Positions 9,783 to 21,059 are shown, counted from the first letter of the stretch. The stretch: DNA of 64,000 nucleotides from Dehalococcoidia bacterium (GCA_046538235.1 JBKHJG010000003.1:41722-105721); one strand, 5' to 3'. Notes: generated by a model not told the origin, from the letters alone. Program-made: numbers and translations.

Positions 9783-10670
9783 CTATTCACCTTCAGATGC
9801 CAGCTGCAGCAATTCCGCCATGGTCTTATCCTCGCTTACGCGCGGGTAGAATCTCAATTCCGCAAGGTACCGCGGGTCCGGGCCAATCACCTCCATAGTG
9901 CTCTCCACCGCCTCAGTTATGGTCGCGTTCCCGGAGCATAGCTGTCTCATCAGATAGGGCGTAGCCTCATCCACGTAGTTTAGGTTCACGCTGCCGTGCC
10001 AGCCCAGGTACACCGAGGCGCCCCTGGCCACAAAAGCCTTGGCCAGGTCGTCATAGAACAGAGCCGAACAGCCCATCATTATGATGGCCGTGTCATCGAA
10101 CTCCCCGGGCATGCTCCTGCTGCTGGCGACGAATCCTGCCGTTATGCCGAACATCATGGGCTCGCCTTCAGCGGCGGAGCCTTTCCCGAGACGATCACTT
10201 AGCTGCTCGGCGGGATATTTGCTGGCACTATACCCTTCGTTGGTAAACAGCAGCGTCCTCTGTAGTACCTGGCCGTTCTCTATCACGAGACCGGAATGGA
10301 CTCGAAACAGGATCAGCCTGTGGCCGCGACTTGCCAGATCTCGATAGAAGTCAACCGTGATATCATCGCCCTGGTACAGGTCGACCTCGAAGCCATAGTC
10401 CTCAAGCTCGCTGGTCACCTCTGCAATAAACTCCTCGTTGGGCTGAAGGTTATATAGCTGGTCGACGATCGCCGCCCTCGGTGTTCCCGTGTTGTCGGGA
10501 GGAGTGCTGCCCCACGGACGAACAACCGCAAGGACAACGACGCCGATGACCAGCACCGCCACGAACACCCACGCAGACCGGGGCAGGCGCCCGGACAACG
10601 TCCTATACCATGGCTGCCCTCCGCCGGTCCCCTTTCTCTTACCTAGCCGCCTGGATTTCGACCCGGTCAT
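9783..10670 (-). CDS. membrane-anchored hypothetical protein (single N-terminal TM)
   Basis: 295-aa ORF with an N-terminal basic stretch and a TM helix (WVFVAVLVIGVVVLAVV). There is no confident family match; possible His (VHSG) and Cys (MGCSA) pair. Confidence 0.5.
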   Translation of the reverse strand: MTGSKSRRLGKRKGTGGGQPWYRTLSGRLPRSAWVFVAVLVIGVVVLAVVRPWGSTPPDNTGTPRAAIVDQLYNLQPNEEFIAEVTSELEDYGFEVDLYQGDDITVDFYRDLASRGHRLILFRVHSGLVIENGQVLQRTLLFTNEGYSASKYPAEQLSDRLGKGSAAEGEPMMFGITAGFVASSRSMPGEFDDTAIIMMGCSALFYDDLAKAFVARGASVYLGWHGSVNLNYVDEATPYLMRQLCSGNATITEAVESTMEVIGPDPRYLAELRFYPRVSEDKTMAELLQLASEGE

Positions 10671-10962
10671 AGTTCATTGCTTCAACCACAGCATGCAATC
10701 GCTTGCCTCACCATCCCCCCCCCCGGCTCGTGTGTCCTGCAAGCACCTGTGGCGGGCCGGTGATTATGTTACCGCAATTCTAGCCTGTTTGGCTCCACGC
10801 CTCAACCTAGCAGGAGTAGAGCCACCTGATGTAGTGATGGGGTTCATCCCCGCCTCATGCTTCCCGACTACATCCCTCTATGGAGAACTGCTGGCCGTAC
10901 GCCTGACACACAGATGCCAGGGCATGAACAGGATCGTAGGGAGGATAATCCGCGGCTCACAG

Positions 10963-11349
10963 CTACGGTCTAATAGGCCCGCCGCCTCCACTGTTCCCAG
11001 TCCCCTCGGTAAACGTGGCAGTGACGGCGTAGTTGCCATTCATGGTGATGGTCGTAGAGGCCAGGTTTGGACCGGCCATATACGTGATGTCTCCGGTCCA
11101 CAGGAGAAACTCATAGCCATCGTCGGGCGTGGCGACGAGTTGCACGACTGTGCCTGCAGGGTAGGTGAAGCTCCCTTCGCCAGGTAGAGTTATGGATCCC
11201 CCGGCGCCACTGGAGATGGCAAGGCTGAATTCGCCAGTACTCTCAGGAGGGCAACCCGCCGCCGAACAACCGAGGGCCAGTGCAAGCAGCAACAGGCCCG
11301 TTATTCGTGCGGCACGATAGTACTTCCTCAATCCCAGGGTGCCTCCCAT
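10963..11349 (-). CDS. small lipoprotein with one InlB B-repeat-like domain
   Basis: Lipobox-like LALALGCSAAGC, then a single repeat (GY.F..W...TATF). Confidence 0.6.
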   Translation of the reverse strand: MGGTLGLRKYYRAARITGLLLLALALGCSAAGCPPESTGEFSLAISSGAGGSITLPGEGSFTYPAGTVVQLVATPDDGYEFLLWTGDITYMAGPNLASTTITMNGNYAVTATFTEGTGNSGGGGPIRP

Positions 11350-11600
11350 ATATACCTCACCTCTTTCTGAGCATGCCCGTACCTGTCAAAGCTGGAGCCT
11401 GCCGCTGCTACCCGTGTAGCGCAAGACTTCAGGCCGCACATCCATCCCCTTTCCTGTGCAGGGGTAGAGAGAAGGTGAAGGTCAGCAACGTTACCGCACT
11501 TCCCTCGCATCCCGACTCGGGAGGTCACCAAGAGCTGGGGAGGGGCGGGGCCTGGCCCCGCCCCTCCTTCTATCTATCATTGCCAACGACGCGCGGCAAT

Positions 11601-13301
11601 CTACGGGGCCTGGTTCTGCGTCACACGTCGCTTCCACAACAGCAGCCCTGCACCTGCCATGAGGGCCACCAATAGGGCAATCCAGGGCCACAGGACAGCT
11701 GACTTGCTTACAGGAGAGCCTTCCCAGCCTACAGTCATGGGATTGCCGGGGCCTCCGGGGTCGGTAATCTGTCCGGGTGTGTTGTCCAAATCTCCGGTTC
11801 CGCCGTCGGTAAGCCTGATCTTCATGATGTTGTCACCGTCGTCATCCAGGTTGGGCAGCGAGTACCAGCGCCCATTGTCATACTTCCACCATACTGTACC
11901 GACAGGGACAGGTGATGGCAGCGTTACGGTCACGATTGCACTCTCACCGGGGTCCAGACAGCAGATCTGGAACGAGAACATCCCATGCGGGAAGCTTACG
12001 CTCGGCAGTCCGGGGGCTGTCACGGGTACAAGGTCCGCAATCTTGCCACCGCTGGTGGCAAACGAAGCTGGTCCCGTGCCCGTAGCAGTTGAAGCACCCT
12101 TCGTTGGTGCAGGAAGCGTACCCAGCCAGGGAGTGAAATCGACATTGTCGCTGACCTCGTCGCCACCCCCACCGGGGTTGCTCGTTGCGTTATACGGCCC
12201 GCTGGCATCCCCCCACCAGTTGTCCTCAGCATCGATTGTCCTGGTCGATACATCGTTGTACAGACCATAGGCGTTGCCATGAATGCTGTTGAAGTGTATG
12301 GAGCCGGTGAAGTCATCCCAGATGCTGACGCCGTGCGTCGCGGAGTTCTTGACCTCGTTACAGGTAGCCGTGAGGTCCTCCACTACGTAGAAATAGAGGC
12401 CCAAATCCACGTCATCAATCGTGTTGCCCATCACATAGTTGTCATGGATAAGGCCCATCGTAGCGGCGATCTTGGCTGAATCACCCCCCAGACCGATAAC
12501 ACCGATTTCGACGCCTACCTGATTAGTGTTCCCATTGCCTGTGACGGTGTTATCGATTATGCTATTGTAGCTAAGCTGTTCGCTCCAATCCAGGTCACTA
12601 TACGCGCCATAACGCACATCCAGCGCCACCGTAATGCCAGGCGTTGTGAACGCCGCTGTGGCGACGGTCTGGATATCGTTGTTGGCAACCAGATTCCCAT
12701 TGCACATGCGATACGAAGGCGGTGTAGCACCCAGAAAGATCCCGATACCGCCCCCGCTTGTTGCCACCACTCCAGTCATCTCATTATTGGTTATCTCCCA
12801 ACCACTACCTCCCCAGTTAGTGATCCCCTGTACTGCATCAGTAATCGTAAGGCCGTCAACGACCACGTCGTCAACGCCCCTGCCAAATACCCCGAAGTAG
12901 AAACTGCTGCCTGCGTTGCAGTTGATCGTGAAGTTCCTTATCTCCGTTCCATCGGCACCGGCGTCAAGCCTGAATGCAGTCGTCAAAGAAGCACTAGCCT
13001 TGTACAATACTCCGCTGCTTATTACAGATCCACCACCGGCATCTCCCACAATTGAAACTTGCTTGCCAATGATAGCACCGGCATAAGTCCCCGCCGCTAC
13101 CATGATCGTGTCCCCAGAACTGGCAGCGTCAACAGCATCCTGAATGGTGCAGAACGGATCCCCGGCGGTACCAGTACCGGGCCCTGGGCAGTTATCGTCA
13201 TCAACGTACCAAGTAGTCGCTGCCGTCACCGGCGTTGCTGCCACCACGCTGAAGCTCAGCACCAGCGCCAGGACAAACATAATACTCAATGTCTTTCTCA
13301 C
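11601..13301 (-). CDS. secreted beta-helix protein with C-terminal TM anchor and basic tail
   Basis: Signal peptide, then TTWYVDDD...GDPFCTIQDAVDAASSGDTIMVAAGTY, the classic beta-helix N-cap. It has the NWWGDASGPYNATSNPGGGGDEVSDNVDFTPWL motif. The C-terminus is a hydrophobic helix followed by KRR. Confidence 0.75.
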   Translation of the reverse strand: MRKTLSIMFVLALVLSFSVVAATPVTAATTWYVDDDNCPGPGTGTAGDPFCTIQDAVDAASSGDTIMVAAGTYAGAIIGKQVSIVGDAGGGSVISSGVLYKASASLTTAFRLDAGADGTEIRNFTINCNAGSSFYFGVFGRGVDDVVVDGLTITDAVQGITNWGGSGWEITNNEMTGVVATSGGGIGIFLGATPPSYRMCNGNLVANNDIQTVATAAFTTPGITVALDVRYGAYSDLDWSEQLSYNSIIDNTVTGNGNTNQVGVEIGVIGLGGDSAKIAATMGLIHDNYVMGNTIDDVDLGLYFYVVEDLTATCNEVKNSATHGVSIWDDFTGSIHFNSIHGNAYGLYNDVSTRTIDAEDNWWGDASGPYNATSNPGGGGDEVSDNVDFTPWLGTLPAPTKGASTATGTGPASFATSGGKIADLVPVTAPGLPSVSFPHGMFSFQICCLDPGESAIVTVTLPSPVPVGTVWWKYDNGRWYSLPNLDDDGDNIMKIRLTDGGTGDLDNTPGQITDPGGPGNPMTVGWEGSPVSKSAVLWPWIALLVALMAGAGLLLWKRRVTQNQAP

Positions 13302-14064
13302 TTCTTCTTTCCTCCTTTCCGGTTTTCAGGCTGCCCAGCCGCTGCCCTTCTTGGCATTCGGGCTTTGTCATTTGTCATTCTTTGCCAGAACAGCCTCTGT
13401 CTTGCTCATGTTACTGCTCCACCCCACCAAGGATTTGGGGCGTCGCTCATCGCCCACGATCGACCCGGCCTTCCTCGCAGGAGACTCCATGGGCAAGCAT
13501 AACCGCTCAAATGCCTTAAGCATATGAACTCCCGGTGAATTCGCCACCAGCCCCCAAAAGCAGAGAGGAGACCTGAAACTTCAAGTCTCCTCCTGGTCTG
13601 TATTCCCTGCTCAGCCACGCCTCATTGCCGCACTCCGGCGGGCGACCACGATCCACACCAAGGGCCACCGCAGTCTCGCTTGTATACCACTTCAGCAGCC
13701 CGCTCTCGCTCATACCAGTCCCTTCACCAGATCACCATATACACGCTACCCGTGCACCACAGATGCACCCACCCAAACTATAGTACTAGCTTCAACTAGT
13801 ACTTAAGAGCTATTTTACGCAACCGACCAGAGAATTGTCAATACCTCCTTATTCGTGGGTAACATTTCTTGCCGGGGAAAACGGAGGCCTCCGTCTGATT
13901 TCGTTAGTCGCCTGGCTGCCGGTAAAGCCGGGCCGAGCCGCTAACGGCCGAAACAGGACGGCCTATCAGAGCCCCGCGCTGGTTTGTCGCAGAGGAGTAA
14001 AGTTGCTATAATAGCATCAATCAAGCGAACCAGTTTCAGATGCCATAACAAGGAGGTGAGGCAG

Positions 14065-14652
14065 ATGGCGGAGCAATTCGAAGGCAAGACCCAAAACCTG
14101 AGGGCGTTCATGTTGCTGCACCGCGTCCGGGACCTGCTTTTCAGATGTCAGGACAGGGCAGTTGGTGAGTTCGGTCTGACTGCGGAGCAATACTCAGTGC
14201 TGGTGGCCATAGCATTCCTGGATGACCCTGTGAGGGCAACCGACATAGGCCGGTGGATGGACCGCAAGGTCAACAGCATCAGCATGATAGTCGACCGCAT
14301 GGTCAGGGCCGGCCTGGTCAGCAGAGAAAGAGACCTGCCCGACAGGAGGGAGGTCCGGCTGGCCATCACCAAGGAGGGAGAGCAGGCCCTCAAGGCGGCA
14401 AATCCAAAGGTTTCGAGGCTGGTCGAGGACATCCTGTCCTCACTCTCGCGTGAGGACGCGCACAACCTGATCAGGACACTGGAGACACTGAGGGACAGGG
14501 CTGCCCGGTACTACAATCCGGAAGTGAACATCCGGGAAATGGCGACCTACGAGACCGAGGACATGGCCTCCCTTATGAGGCGCATGGCTCGCTACCACTC
14601 AACGGACGCACCCAAGACTGCACGCCGGGGCAGGGCCAGGCGCAGGAAATGA
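14065..14652 (+). CDS. MarR-family transcriptional regulator
   Basis: Start at MAEQ, preceded by AAGGAGGTG. MarR winged-helix signature (AEQYSVLVAIAFLDDPVRATDIGRWMDRKVNSISMIVDRMVRAGLVSRERD). The C-terminal tail is unusually basic. Confidence 0.75.
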   Translation: MAEQFEGKTQNLRAFMLLHRVRDLLFRCQDRAVGEFGLTAEQYSVLVAIAFLDDPVRATDIGRWMDRKVNSISMIVDRMVRAGLVSRERDLPDRREVRLAITKEGEQALKAANPKVSRLVEDILSSLSREDAHNLIRTLETLRDRAARYYNPEVNIREMATYETEDMASLMRRMARYHSTDAPKTARRGRARRRK

Positions 14653-14859
14653 GGGCAGGCCTGCGGGCACGAGGCGCCACCACCCTGTAGTGCATGGCCC
14701 TCATAGTGCAAGCACGAGATAGCTTGCAGTTCATTGGCACCTGCAGTTCCATCTCCACCCGAAGAGCCTGCTCCCTGAGGCACATGATCGCGAACGGCCG
14801 TTGGCTGAACTGACACACAGGAGGACGGGTTCTGTTATAATCTGAAGCAGGAGAGCAAG

Positions 14860-16755
14860 GTGTCCAAGACACTGGACAAGATAAGCGGCCCGGCGGACAT
14901 CAAGGCCCTAGACCGGAGTACACTGACCGAACTCTGTTCCGAGATCAGGGAGCTGCTGGTGAGCAGGGTGACGGAAAACGGGGGGCACCTGGCCTCGAAC
15001 CTGGGAGCGGTGGAACTCAGTGTTGCCCTGCACAGGGTATTCGACAGCCCTGATGACAAGATAGTCTGGGATGTGGGACATCAGAGCTACGTCCATAAGC
15101 TACTGACGGGGAGACAAGCGCAGTTTCCCTCCCTGCGGCAGTACCGGGGACTGTCGGGGTTCCCTGACAGAAATGAGAGCCCTCACGATGCCTTTACCGT
15201 AGGACATGGGGGCACCTCCATCTCAGCAGCCCTGGGAATGGCGCTGACGCGCGATCTTACGGGCGGCGGGCACCATGTGATAGCCGTAATAGGGGACGGC
15301 TGTCTTACCTGCGGCATGACCTACGAAGCCCTGAACCACGCCGGCAACCTGGATACGCGCCTCATCGTGGTGCTCAACGACAACGGCATGTCCATCTCAC
15401 CCACGGTAGGGGCCATCGCCAGGCGGCTAAACGTGGTGCGGACAACCCGTGGCTATGTGAAGGCCAAGGAACAGACCAATCGACTGCTGTCCTTCCTGCC
15501 GGGAGGGGACAGGGTGCGCCCCGTACTGCGCCGGCTCAAGGAAGGAGCACAGGCCCTAGTCATGCCCACCATGATGTGGGAGCAGCTCGGCTTCGCCTAC
15601 CTGGGACCGATAGAGGGCCACAATGTGGCCAGGCTGGAGACAGCCCTCGAGCGAGCCAAAAACTACCGCAAGCCCGTCGTTGTGCATATCCTGACTACGA
15701 AGGGCAAGGGATACAGGCCAGCCGAGGAGAACCCCACTCGCTATCACGGCCTCTCACCGAAAAGCGAGAGCTCAAGCACAACCCCGACCTATAGTCAGAT
15801 ATTCGCCCGGACCGTCGACCGGCTGCTCAGGGATAACGCCAGTGTTGTCGTGATAAGCGCCGCTATGATGGAAGGCAACAGCCTGTCTTCCCTGGCCAGG
15901 GAGTTTCCTCACCGCATCTATGACGTGGGGATTTCCGAGCAGCATGCAGTAACGCTGGCCGCCGGCCTGGCCAGCCAGGGCCTCATACCCATTGTAGCTA
16001 TATACTCCACCTTTCTGCAGCGCGCCTTCGACCAGATACTGCACGACGTCTGTCTTCCTGATTTGCCCGTCATCTTCGCCCTGGACCGCAGTGGAATTGT
16101 GGGAGACGATGGCAAGACACATCAGGGGACCTTTGACCTATCTTACCTCGGCCTCATGCCCAATATGATTGTCTGTGCGCCCAAGGATGGGAACGAGCTC
16201 CAGGGTCTCCTCTATACCGCCCTCAATACGAAGCATCCCATGGCAATCCGCTATCCGCGCGGCCGGGCAACGGATGCTGCCCTGACCCCCGAGCTTCGCC
16301 AACTGCCCGTGGGCAAAGGTGAGATGATAAAACAGGGCAACGATATAGCTATAATAGGCATCGGCTCCACCGTCATGCCTGCCGTGGAAGCAGCAGAACA
16401 TCTGGCCCTGTCGGGTATAGATGCTGCGGTGATCAACGCGCGCTTCGCCCGGCCTCTGGACAGAGAGCTTATTATGGATGCTGTTGGCCGCACGAAGAAG
16501 GCGGTCATAGTAGAGGAGAACGTGCTCAGCGGTGGCTTTGGTGGTGCCGTGCTGGAGATGCTAGAGCAGGCCGGAGTCTCCGAAGTCAGGGTGAAGCGAT
16601 TAGGCATCCCCGGTGAGTTTGTGCCCCACGGAAAGCAAGAATTCCTGCGCTCTCTGTACCATCTGGACTCCTTGGGAATCGCCAGGGAATGTGTTGATTT
16701 CTTGGCCCGGGTGCAGGCAGAGGTGGAAGGCGAGGTTCAGACCACTATATTCTGA
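14860..16755 (+). CDS. dxs: 1-deoxy-D-xylulose-5-phosphate synthase
   Basis: 631-aa ORF with a GTG start. Dxs N-terminus and TPP-binding motifs (GHLASNLGAVELSVALHRVF, GDG...NDN). Confidence 0.95.
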   Translation: MSKTLDKISGPADIKALDRSTLTELCSEIRELLVSRVTENGGHLASNLGAVELSVALHRVFDSPDDKIVWDVGHQSYVHKLLTGRQAQFPSLRQYRGLSGFPDRNESPHDAFTVGHGGTSISAALGMALTRDLTGGGHHVIAVIGDGCLTCGMTYEALNHAGNLDTRLIVVLNDNGMSISPTVGAIARRLNVVRTTRGYVKAKEQTNRLLSFLPGGDRVRPVLRRLKEGAQALVMPTMMWEQLGFAYLGPIEGHNVARLETALERAKNYRKPVVVHILTTKGKGYRPAEENPTRYHGLSPKSESSSTTPTYSQIFARTVDRLLRDNASVVVISAAMMEGNSLSSLAREFPHRIYDVGISEQHAVTLAAGLASQGLIPIVAIYSTFLQRAFDQILHDVCLPDLPVIFALDRSGIVGDDGKTHQGTFDLSYLGLMPNMIVCAPKDGNELQGLLYTALNTKHPMAIRYPRGRATDAALTPELRQLPVGKGEMIKQGNDIAIIGIGSTVMPAVEAAEHLALSGIDAAVINARFARPLDRELIMDAVGRTKKAVIVEENVLSGGFGGAVLEMLEQAGVSEVRVKRLGIPGEFVPHGKQEFLRSLYHLDSLGIARECVDFLARVQAEVEGEVQTTIF

Positions 16756-16784
16756 CCTGTCCTTCGGTTGACCCGGAACGAGCC

Positions 16785-19358
16785 TCAAGCGTGAATCCCA
16801 TGCGGCGTGCCGCCATCCTCCCGGGCCATTCGCTTCAGTTCGTAGAGCTTGTTGATTGCCTCCAGTGGAGACATGGAGTCAATATCGAGCCGCGCGATCT
16901 CGTCGGCCAGACCGGAACTCTTGGCGAAAAGAGGGATCTGCAGCTGCGGCTCCTGCCGGGCCAGCTTCCTTTTTCCGGAAGCCCGGCCCTCCAGCTGGGC
17001 CAGGATCTCCCGGGCCCGCACGGTCACCGATTTGGGTAGTCCGGCCAGCTGTGCCACATGAATGCCGTAGCTCCTGTCGGTACCACCGGGGACAATCTTG
17101 TGCAGGAATATGACCTTGCCCCCTTGCTCTGCCACAGCCACGTTGAAGTTCTTCACCCTGGGCAGGATATCTGCCAGGTCAACCAGTTCATGATAGTGGG
17201 TGGCAAAGAGGGTCTTCGCCCCGAGTCCAGGGCTGTTGTGCATGAACTCGACCACCGCCCAGGCGATGGAAAGCCCATCGTAGGTGGAGGTGCCCCGCCC
17301 GATCTCATCCAGGATGATAAGGGACCGCGAAGTAGCATTGTTCAGGATATTTGATGTCTCGGTCATCTCCACCATGAAGGTGGACTGGCCGGCGGCCAGG
17401 TCCTCCTGAGCACCGATGCGGGTGAAGATGCGGTCGACGATACCCACGCTCGCTGAGCCGGCAGGGACGAAGCTTCCAATCTGGGCCAAGAGCACAATGA
17501 GGGCGACCTGCCTGAGATAGGTCGATTTTCCCGACATGTTGGGACCGGTAAGTATGATGAGTTGATCATCGCCGTTACAGAGATAGACATCGTTGGGAAC
17601 GAAGTTTTCCACACCAATGCTCTGTTCCACAACGGGATGTCGTCCGCCCCTGATATCGATGACATCATCATCGGCTAGGGCCGGACGCACATAGCCATGA
17701 CGCGCTGCCACCTCGGCCAGGCTGGTCAGGGCGTCGATCTGACCTATGGCCCTGGCCGTGGTCAGAATTCGCTCGCCGGCAGCACTTATCTGCCGGCAGA
17801 CCTGCCGGAAAATGGCGGCCTCCAGGTCAGCAATCTTCTCCTGGGCATTGAGGATCAGTGATTCATACTCCTTGAGTTCAGGGGTGAAGAACCTCTCTGC
17901 CTCCGTCAGCGTCTGCTTACGTATATAGTCGTCAGGAACCGAGCCCAGGTTGGCCCGGGATACCTCGATATAGTAACCGAACACCCGATTGTAGCCCACC
18001 TTCAAGGACTTGATCCCTGTCCGCTGTCTTTCCCTCTGCTCCAGTCCGGCCAGATATTCCTTGGCCTGGCGCGAACTGCTGCGGATTTCATCCAGTTCGG
18101 GCGAGAAACCCTCCTTTATCACGCCACCTTGCTCCAGGTCCCCTGGCTCGTCGGCGATGGCCCTGCCGATCAGGTCAGCCACATCGGGACAGGGCTTCAA
18201 GTCATCGTTCAGCCATGACAGGGCGTCCGCATCTGCCATGGCCGTCTTCAGTCCCGGCACCTTCTCCAGGCTGGCACGCATGGTAAGCATCTCTCTGGAC
18301 ATGACTCTGCCAATCGACACTCTGTTGATCAGTCTCTCCAGATCGACCAGACCCGATAGGAGGGAGATAACTTGATGCCGCGCCATGCCATCCCGGTGAA
18401 GCCAGGCAACTGCCTCCTGTCTTTGGTTCAGTACTGCCAGGTCCAGCAGAGGATGTCCTACCCAGTTTCTGAGCAGCCTGCCGCCCATGGCAGTCCTGGT
18501 CAGGTCGAGGACTGCCAGGAGGGAGTTGCCGGTCTCCCTCCATCTTCCGCCCTGGAACAGCTCCAGATTACGGATGGTCTGGCCGTCGAGAGTCATGAAC
18601 GAGTCTGTGGAGTAGGTGGCGAGCTTGACCAGCTGAGGCAGTGCTTCCTTCTGTGTTTCCTTGACATAATATATCAACGCTCCTGCCGCCCTTATCGCCA
18701 GAGGTAGACGGGCACAGCCATAGCCGTCAAGGGTGGCGACACCGAAATGCTGCAGCAGGGACTCCCTGGTTATTTCCAGGTCAAACCAGTAATCGTCGAC
18801 CCGGCTTAGGGGGAACGGTACCCGGGCATAATCGCCAGCGCTGTGGGGAATGAGGAGTTCGCTGGGCTGGAGGCGCTCCAACTCAGGCATGATGTCTTCG
18901 GCACGAAGCTGGGCGGCGGCAAAGTCGCCAGCGCTTACATCGACATAGGCGACCCCGGCCTCATCTCCTTCAGCGACCAGGCTGACGAGATAGTTGTTGC
19001 TCTTGCTTTCCAGCAGATTGGGCTCTACCACCGTCCCCGGCGTTATCACGCGGGTAACTTCCCTCTCCACCAGACCCTTGCCCGGCGGGCTAAGTTGCTC
19101 ACAGATAGCTACCTTGTGGCCCCGGTTGATGAGCTTGGCCAGGTAGTTGTCCAGGGCATGATGAGGTATTCCTGCCATGGGCACTCTCTGTCCCTTGCCC
19201 ATCTCTCGTGAGGTCAATACGATATCGAGCTCGCGCGAAGCAACTTCGGCATCATCGTCGAACGTCTCGTAGAAGTCGCCCAGCCGGAAGAAGACGATGG
19301 CTTCAGGGTGCTTCTGTTTGACGCTGAGATACTGCTTCCTGAGTGGCGTTACGGCCAT
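16785..19358 (-). CDS. mutS: DNA mismatch repair protein MutS
   Basis: TPLRKQYLSVKQKHPEAIVFFRLGDFYETF at the N-terminus, Walker A GPNMSGKST, and the HTH domain. The start is taken at the internal ATG (ORF residue 28). Confidence 0.95.
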   Translation of the reverse strand: MAVTPLRKQYLSVKQKHPEAIVFFRLGDFYETFDDDAEVASRELDIVLTSREMGKGQRVPMAGIPHHALDNYLAKLINRGHKVAICEQLSPPGKGLVEREVTRVITPGTVVEPNLLESKSNNYLVSLVAEGDEAGVAYVDVSAGDFAAAQLRAEDIMPELERLQPSELLIPHSAGDYARVPFPLSRVDDYWFDLEITRESLLQHFGVATLDGYGCARLPLAIRAAGALIYYVKETQKEALPQLVKLATYSTDSFMTLDGQTIRNLELFQGGRWRETGNSLLAVLDLTRTAMGGRLLRNWVGHPLLDLAVLNQRQEAVAWLHRDGMARHQVISLLSGLVDLERLINRVSIGRVMSREMLTMRASLEKVPGLKTAMADADALSWLNDDLKPCPDVADLIGRAIADEPGDLEQGGVIKEGFSPELDEIRSSSRQAKEYLAGLEQRERQRTGIKSLKVGYNRVFGYYIEVSRANLGSVPDDYIRKQTLTEAERFFTPELKEYESLILNAQEKIADLEAAIFRQVCRQISAAGERILTTARAIGQIDALTSLAEVAARHGYVRPALADDDVIDIRGGRHPVVEQSIGVENFVPNDVYLCNGDDQLIILTGPNMSGKSTYLRQVALIVLLAQIGSFVPAGSASVGIVDRIFTRIGAQEDLAAGQSTFMVEMTETSNILNNATSRSLIILDEIGRGTSTYDGLSIAWAVVEFMHNSPGLGAKTLFATHYHELVDLADILPRVKNFNVAVAEQGGKVIFLHKIVPGGTDRSYGIHVAQLAGLPKSVTVRAREILAQLEGRASGKRKLARQEPQLQIPLFAKSSGLADEIARLDIDSMSPLEAINKLYELKRMAREDGGTPHGIHA

Positions 19359-19640
19359 CGGTTCTATTTTACTAGCTCCCGGGCAACATATAAAGCCAGA
19401 CCGGTCGACCTCGCCGATAGCCTCGTCCTGCACCCCCAATCGTTCTCCTAGTCACCGCATGCTTCAGCAACTAGGAATGTCCTGAGCCCATGCTCCCATT
19501 CAGGCGAAGCACGCTAAGAAGGTTGCACTATGACCAAGACGGCGACCGCACATCGTGCATAGGGACTTCAACAAAAGCAGGGAAAGCTCTATAATGGTTA
19601 TTCGCGCTGAGGAGTTGCTGCCACAGCGACGGGGCATCCA

Positions 19641-20114
19641 GTGTCAGAAAACATCGGCATTTCAGTTGAAGCGAGATTCCGGCAGGCAGCGGACGAGAGC
19701 TGGTTTGAAGGGATGGCCCGCCAAATCCTCAAAGCTGAGGGCGTGGCGCCTCCCTATGAGTTGAGCCTGGTCATCACCGATTCGGAGACCGTGCGAAGGC
19801 TGAACCGGGACTACCGGGGGGTGGACGAACCAACCGATGTGCTGGCCTTTGATATGCTTGCTCAGAAGCAGGGCGATGATTGCTTCAAACTCCCTCCGGA
19901 TGGCCTAACTCGCCTGGGAGAGGTGATCATCTCCTATCCCCAGGCGGAAGAGCAGGCCAGAGAGCAGGGGCACACAACCGAGAAGGAGATGGCACTGCTG
20001 ATTATCCACGGTATACTTCATCTCCTGGGGTATGATCATGAGGAGGCGGAGGAAGAAGCTGAGATGAGGGCACGGGAACGAGAACTGCTGGAGAAATGCC
20101 GGTTCGACCGGTAA
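19641..20114 (+). CDS. ybeY: rRNA maturation RNase YbeY
   Basis: HGILHLLGYDHE metal-binding motif in a 157-aa ORF with a GTG start. Confidence 0.9.
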   Translation: MSENIGISVEARFRQAADESWFEGMARQILKAEGVAPPYELSLVITDSETVRRLNRDYRGVDEPTDVLAFDMLAQKQGDDCFKLPPDGLTRLGEVIISYPQAEEQAREQGHTTEKEMALLIIHGILHLLGYDHEEAEEEAEMRARERELLEKCRFDR

Positions 20115-20329
20115 GAGCAACATAAGCACCTCCCTTACGAGCAGTTGCAGGACTGCCGGCTCACCCCGGCCCTGTTCCGCGAAGGACGAGTACGTTGCGG
20201 CTGCGAAGACAGCACGAAACGCAAAGCTCGCAAAACAAGAAGCCGGCCGGCCAGACCAGCGAATAGTCCTGCCCGCCAGACATGCAGGGCTGTGAGGTCG
20301 AGGGACGGGGCTGCTGCTATCCTACGCAG

Positions 20330-20968
20330 CTAGTGCGGATAGTCAAGAACCACGATCTGCATGCTACCGGGCAAAGATGACGATGTAATCGAAAGCTTGG
20401 GTTTTGCTTCCACCTCCCTTGCTCTCATCTTCTCAAGAAACTTGTCCACAGGACTGAGTTCAGCCTTCACCGCCTCAGTCTTGTAGTGCATGGGGATGAC
20501 AATAGCAGGGTTTAACTGCCTAACTATCTCGGCCGCCGTGTCAACAGATATAGCATTGACCTCACCCACAGGCAAGAGCAGTATGTCTATATCTCCCAGT
20601 TCTTCTATCAGTTGTGGGCCCAGAGGATGCCCGAGGTCACCTAGATGACATAATGTCACATCATCTACCTCAATACTGTAGATGGTGTTCTTGCCCCTCA
20701 GCTCACCCTTCCTATCATCATGGAAACAGGCGATTCCGGTAATGAAGGTGCCCGCTATCTCGTATTCTCCGGGACTCCTTATCACCTTGGGCTCGTTGGC
20801 AACGCCTTCCAGGTAGCTATGACCGGGGTGGAAGTGGCTCAATGTCACTATGTCCGCCTCCGGTGCGCCCAGCTGATAGCCCAGGTCAGGATGATACGGA
20901 TCCGTAACAATGGTCTTTTCCTTGCCCTTTATCAGGAAGCAGGCATGTCCCAGCCAGATAATATCCAT
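20330..20968 (-). CDS. MBL-fold metal-dependent hydrolase (UPF0173-like)
   Basis: MDIIWLGHACFLI...LSHFHPGHSY motifs. Confidence 0.8.
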   Translation of the reverse strand: MDIIWLGHACFLIKGKEKTIVTDPYHPDLGYQLGAPEADIVTLSHFHPGHSYLEGVANEPKVIRSPGEYEIAGTFITGIACFHDDRKGELRGKNTIYSIEVDDVTLCHLGDLGHPLGPQLIEELGDIDILLLPVGEVNAISVDTAAEIVRQLNPAIVIPMHYKTEAVKAELSPVDKFLEKMRAREVEAKPKLSITSSSLPGSMQIVVLDYPH

Positions 20969-21059
20969 CTTCGTCTAGACGATAATGGCCCTACTCGGCC
21001 TCACCGTAACTAACGGCAAGGTCAAGAGGCCCGGTTTCCCGGGCTCCACATCCCGGTGA

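Noticed and set aside
13881-13894. Perfect 14-nt palindrome ACGGAGGCCTCCGT as an intrinsic terminator
   Set aside because: It lies in a divergent promoter region between two outward-facing starts (13301 minus, 14065 plus), with no gene end nearby. It is more likely an operator (the MarR gene is adjacent) or fortuitous.
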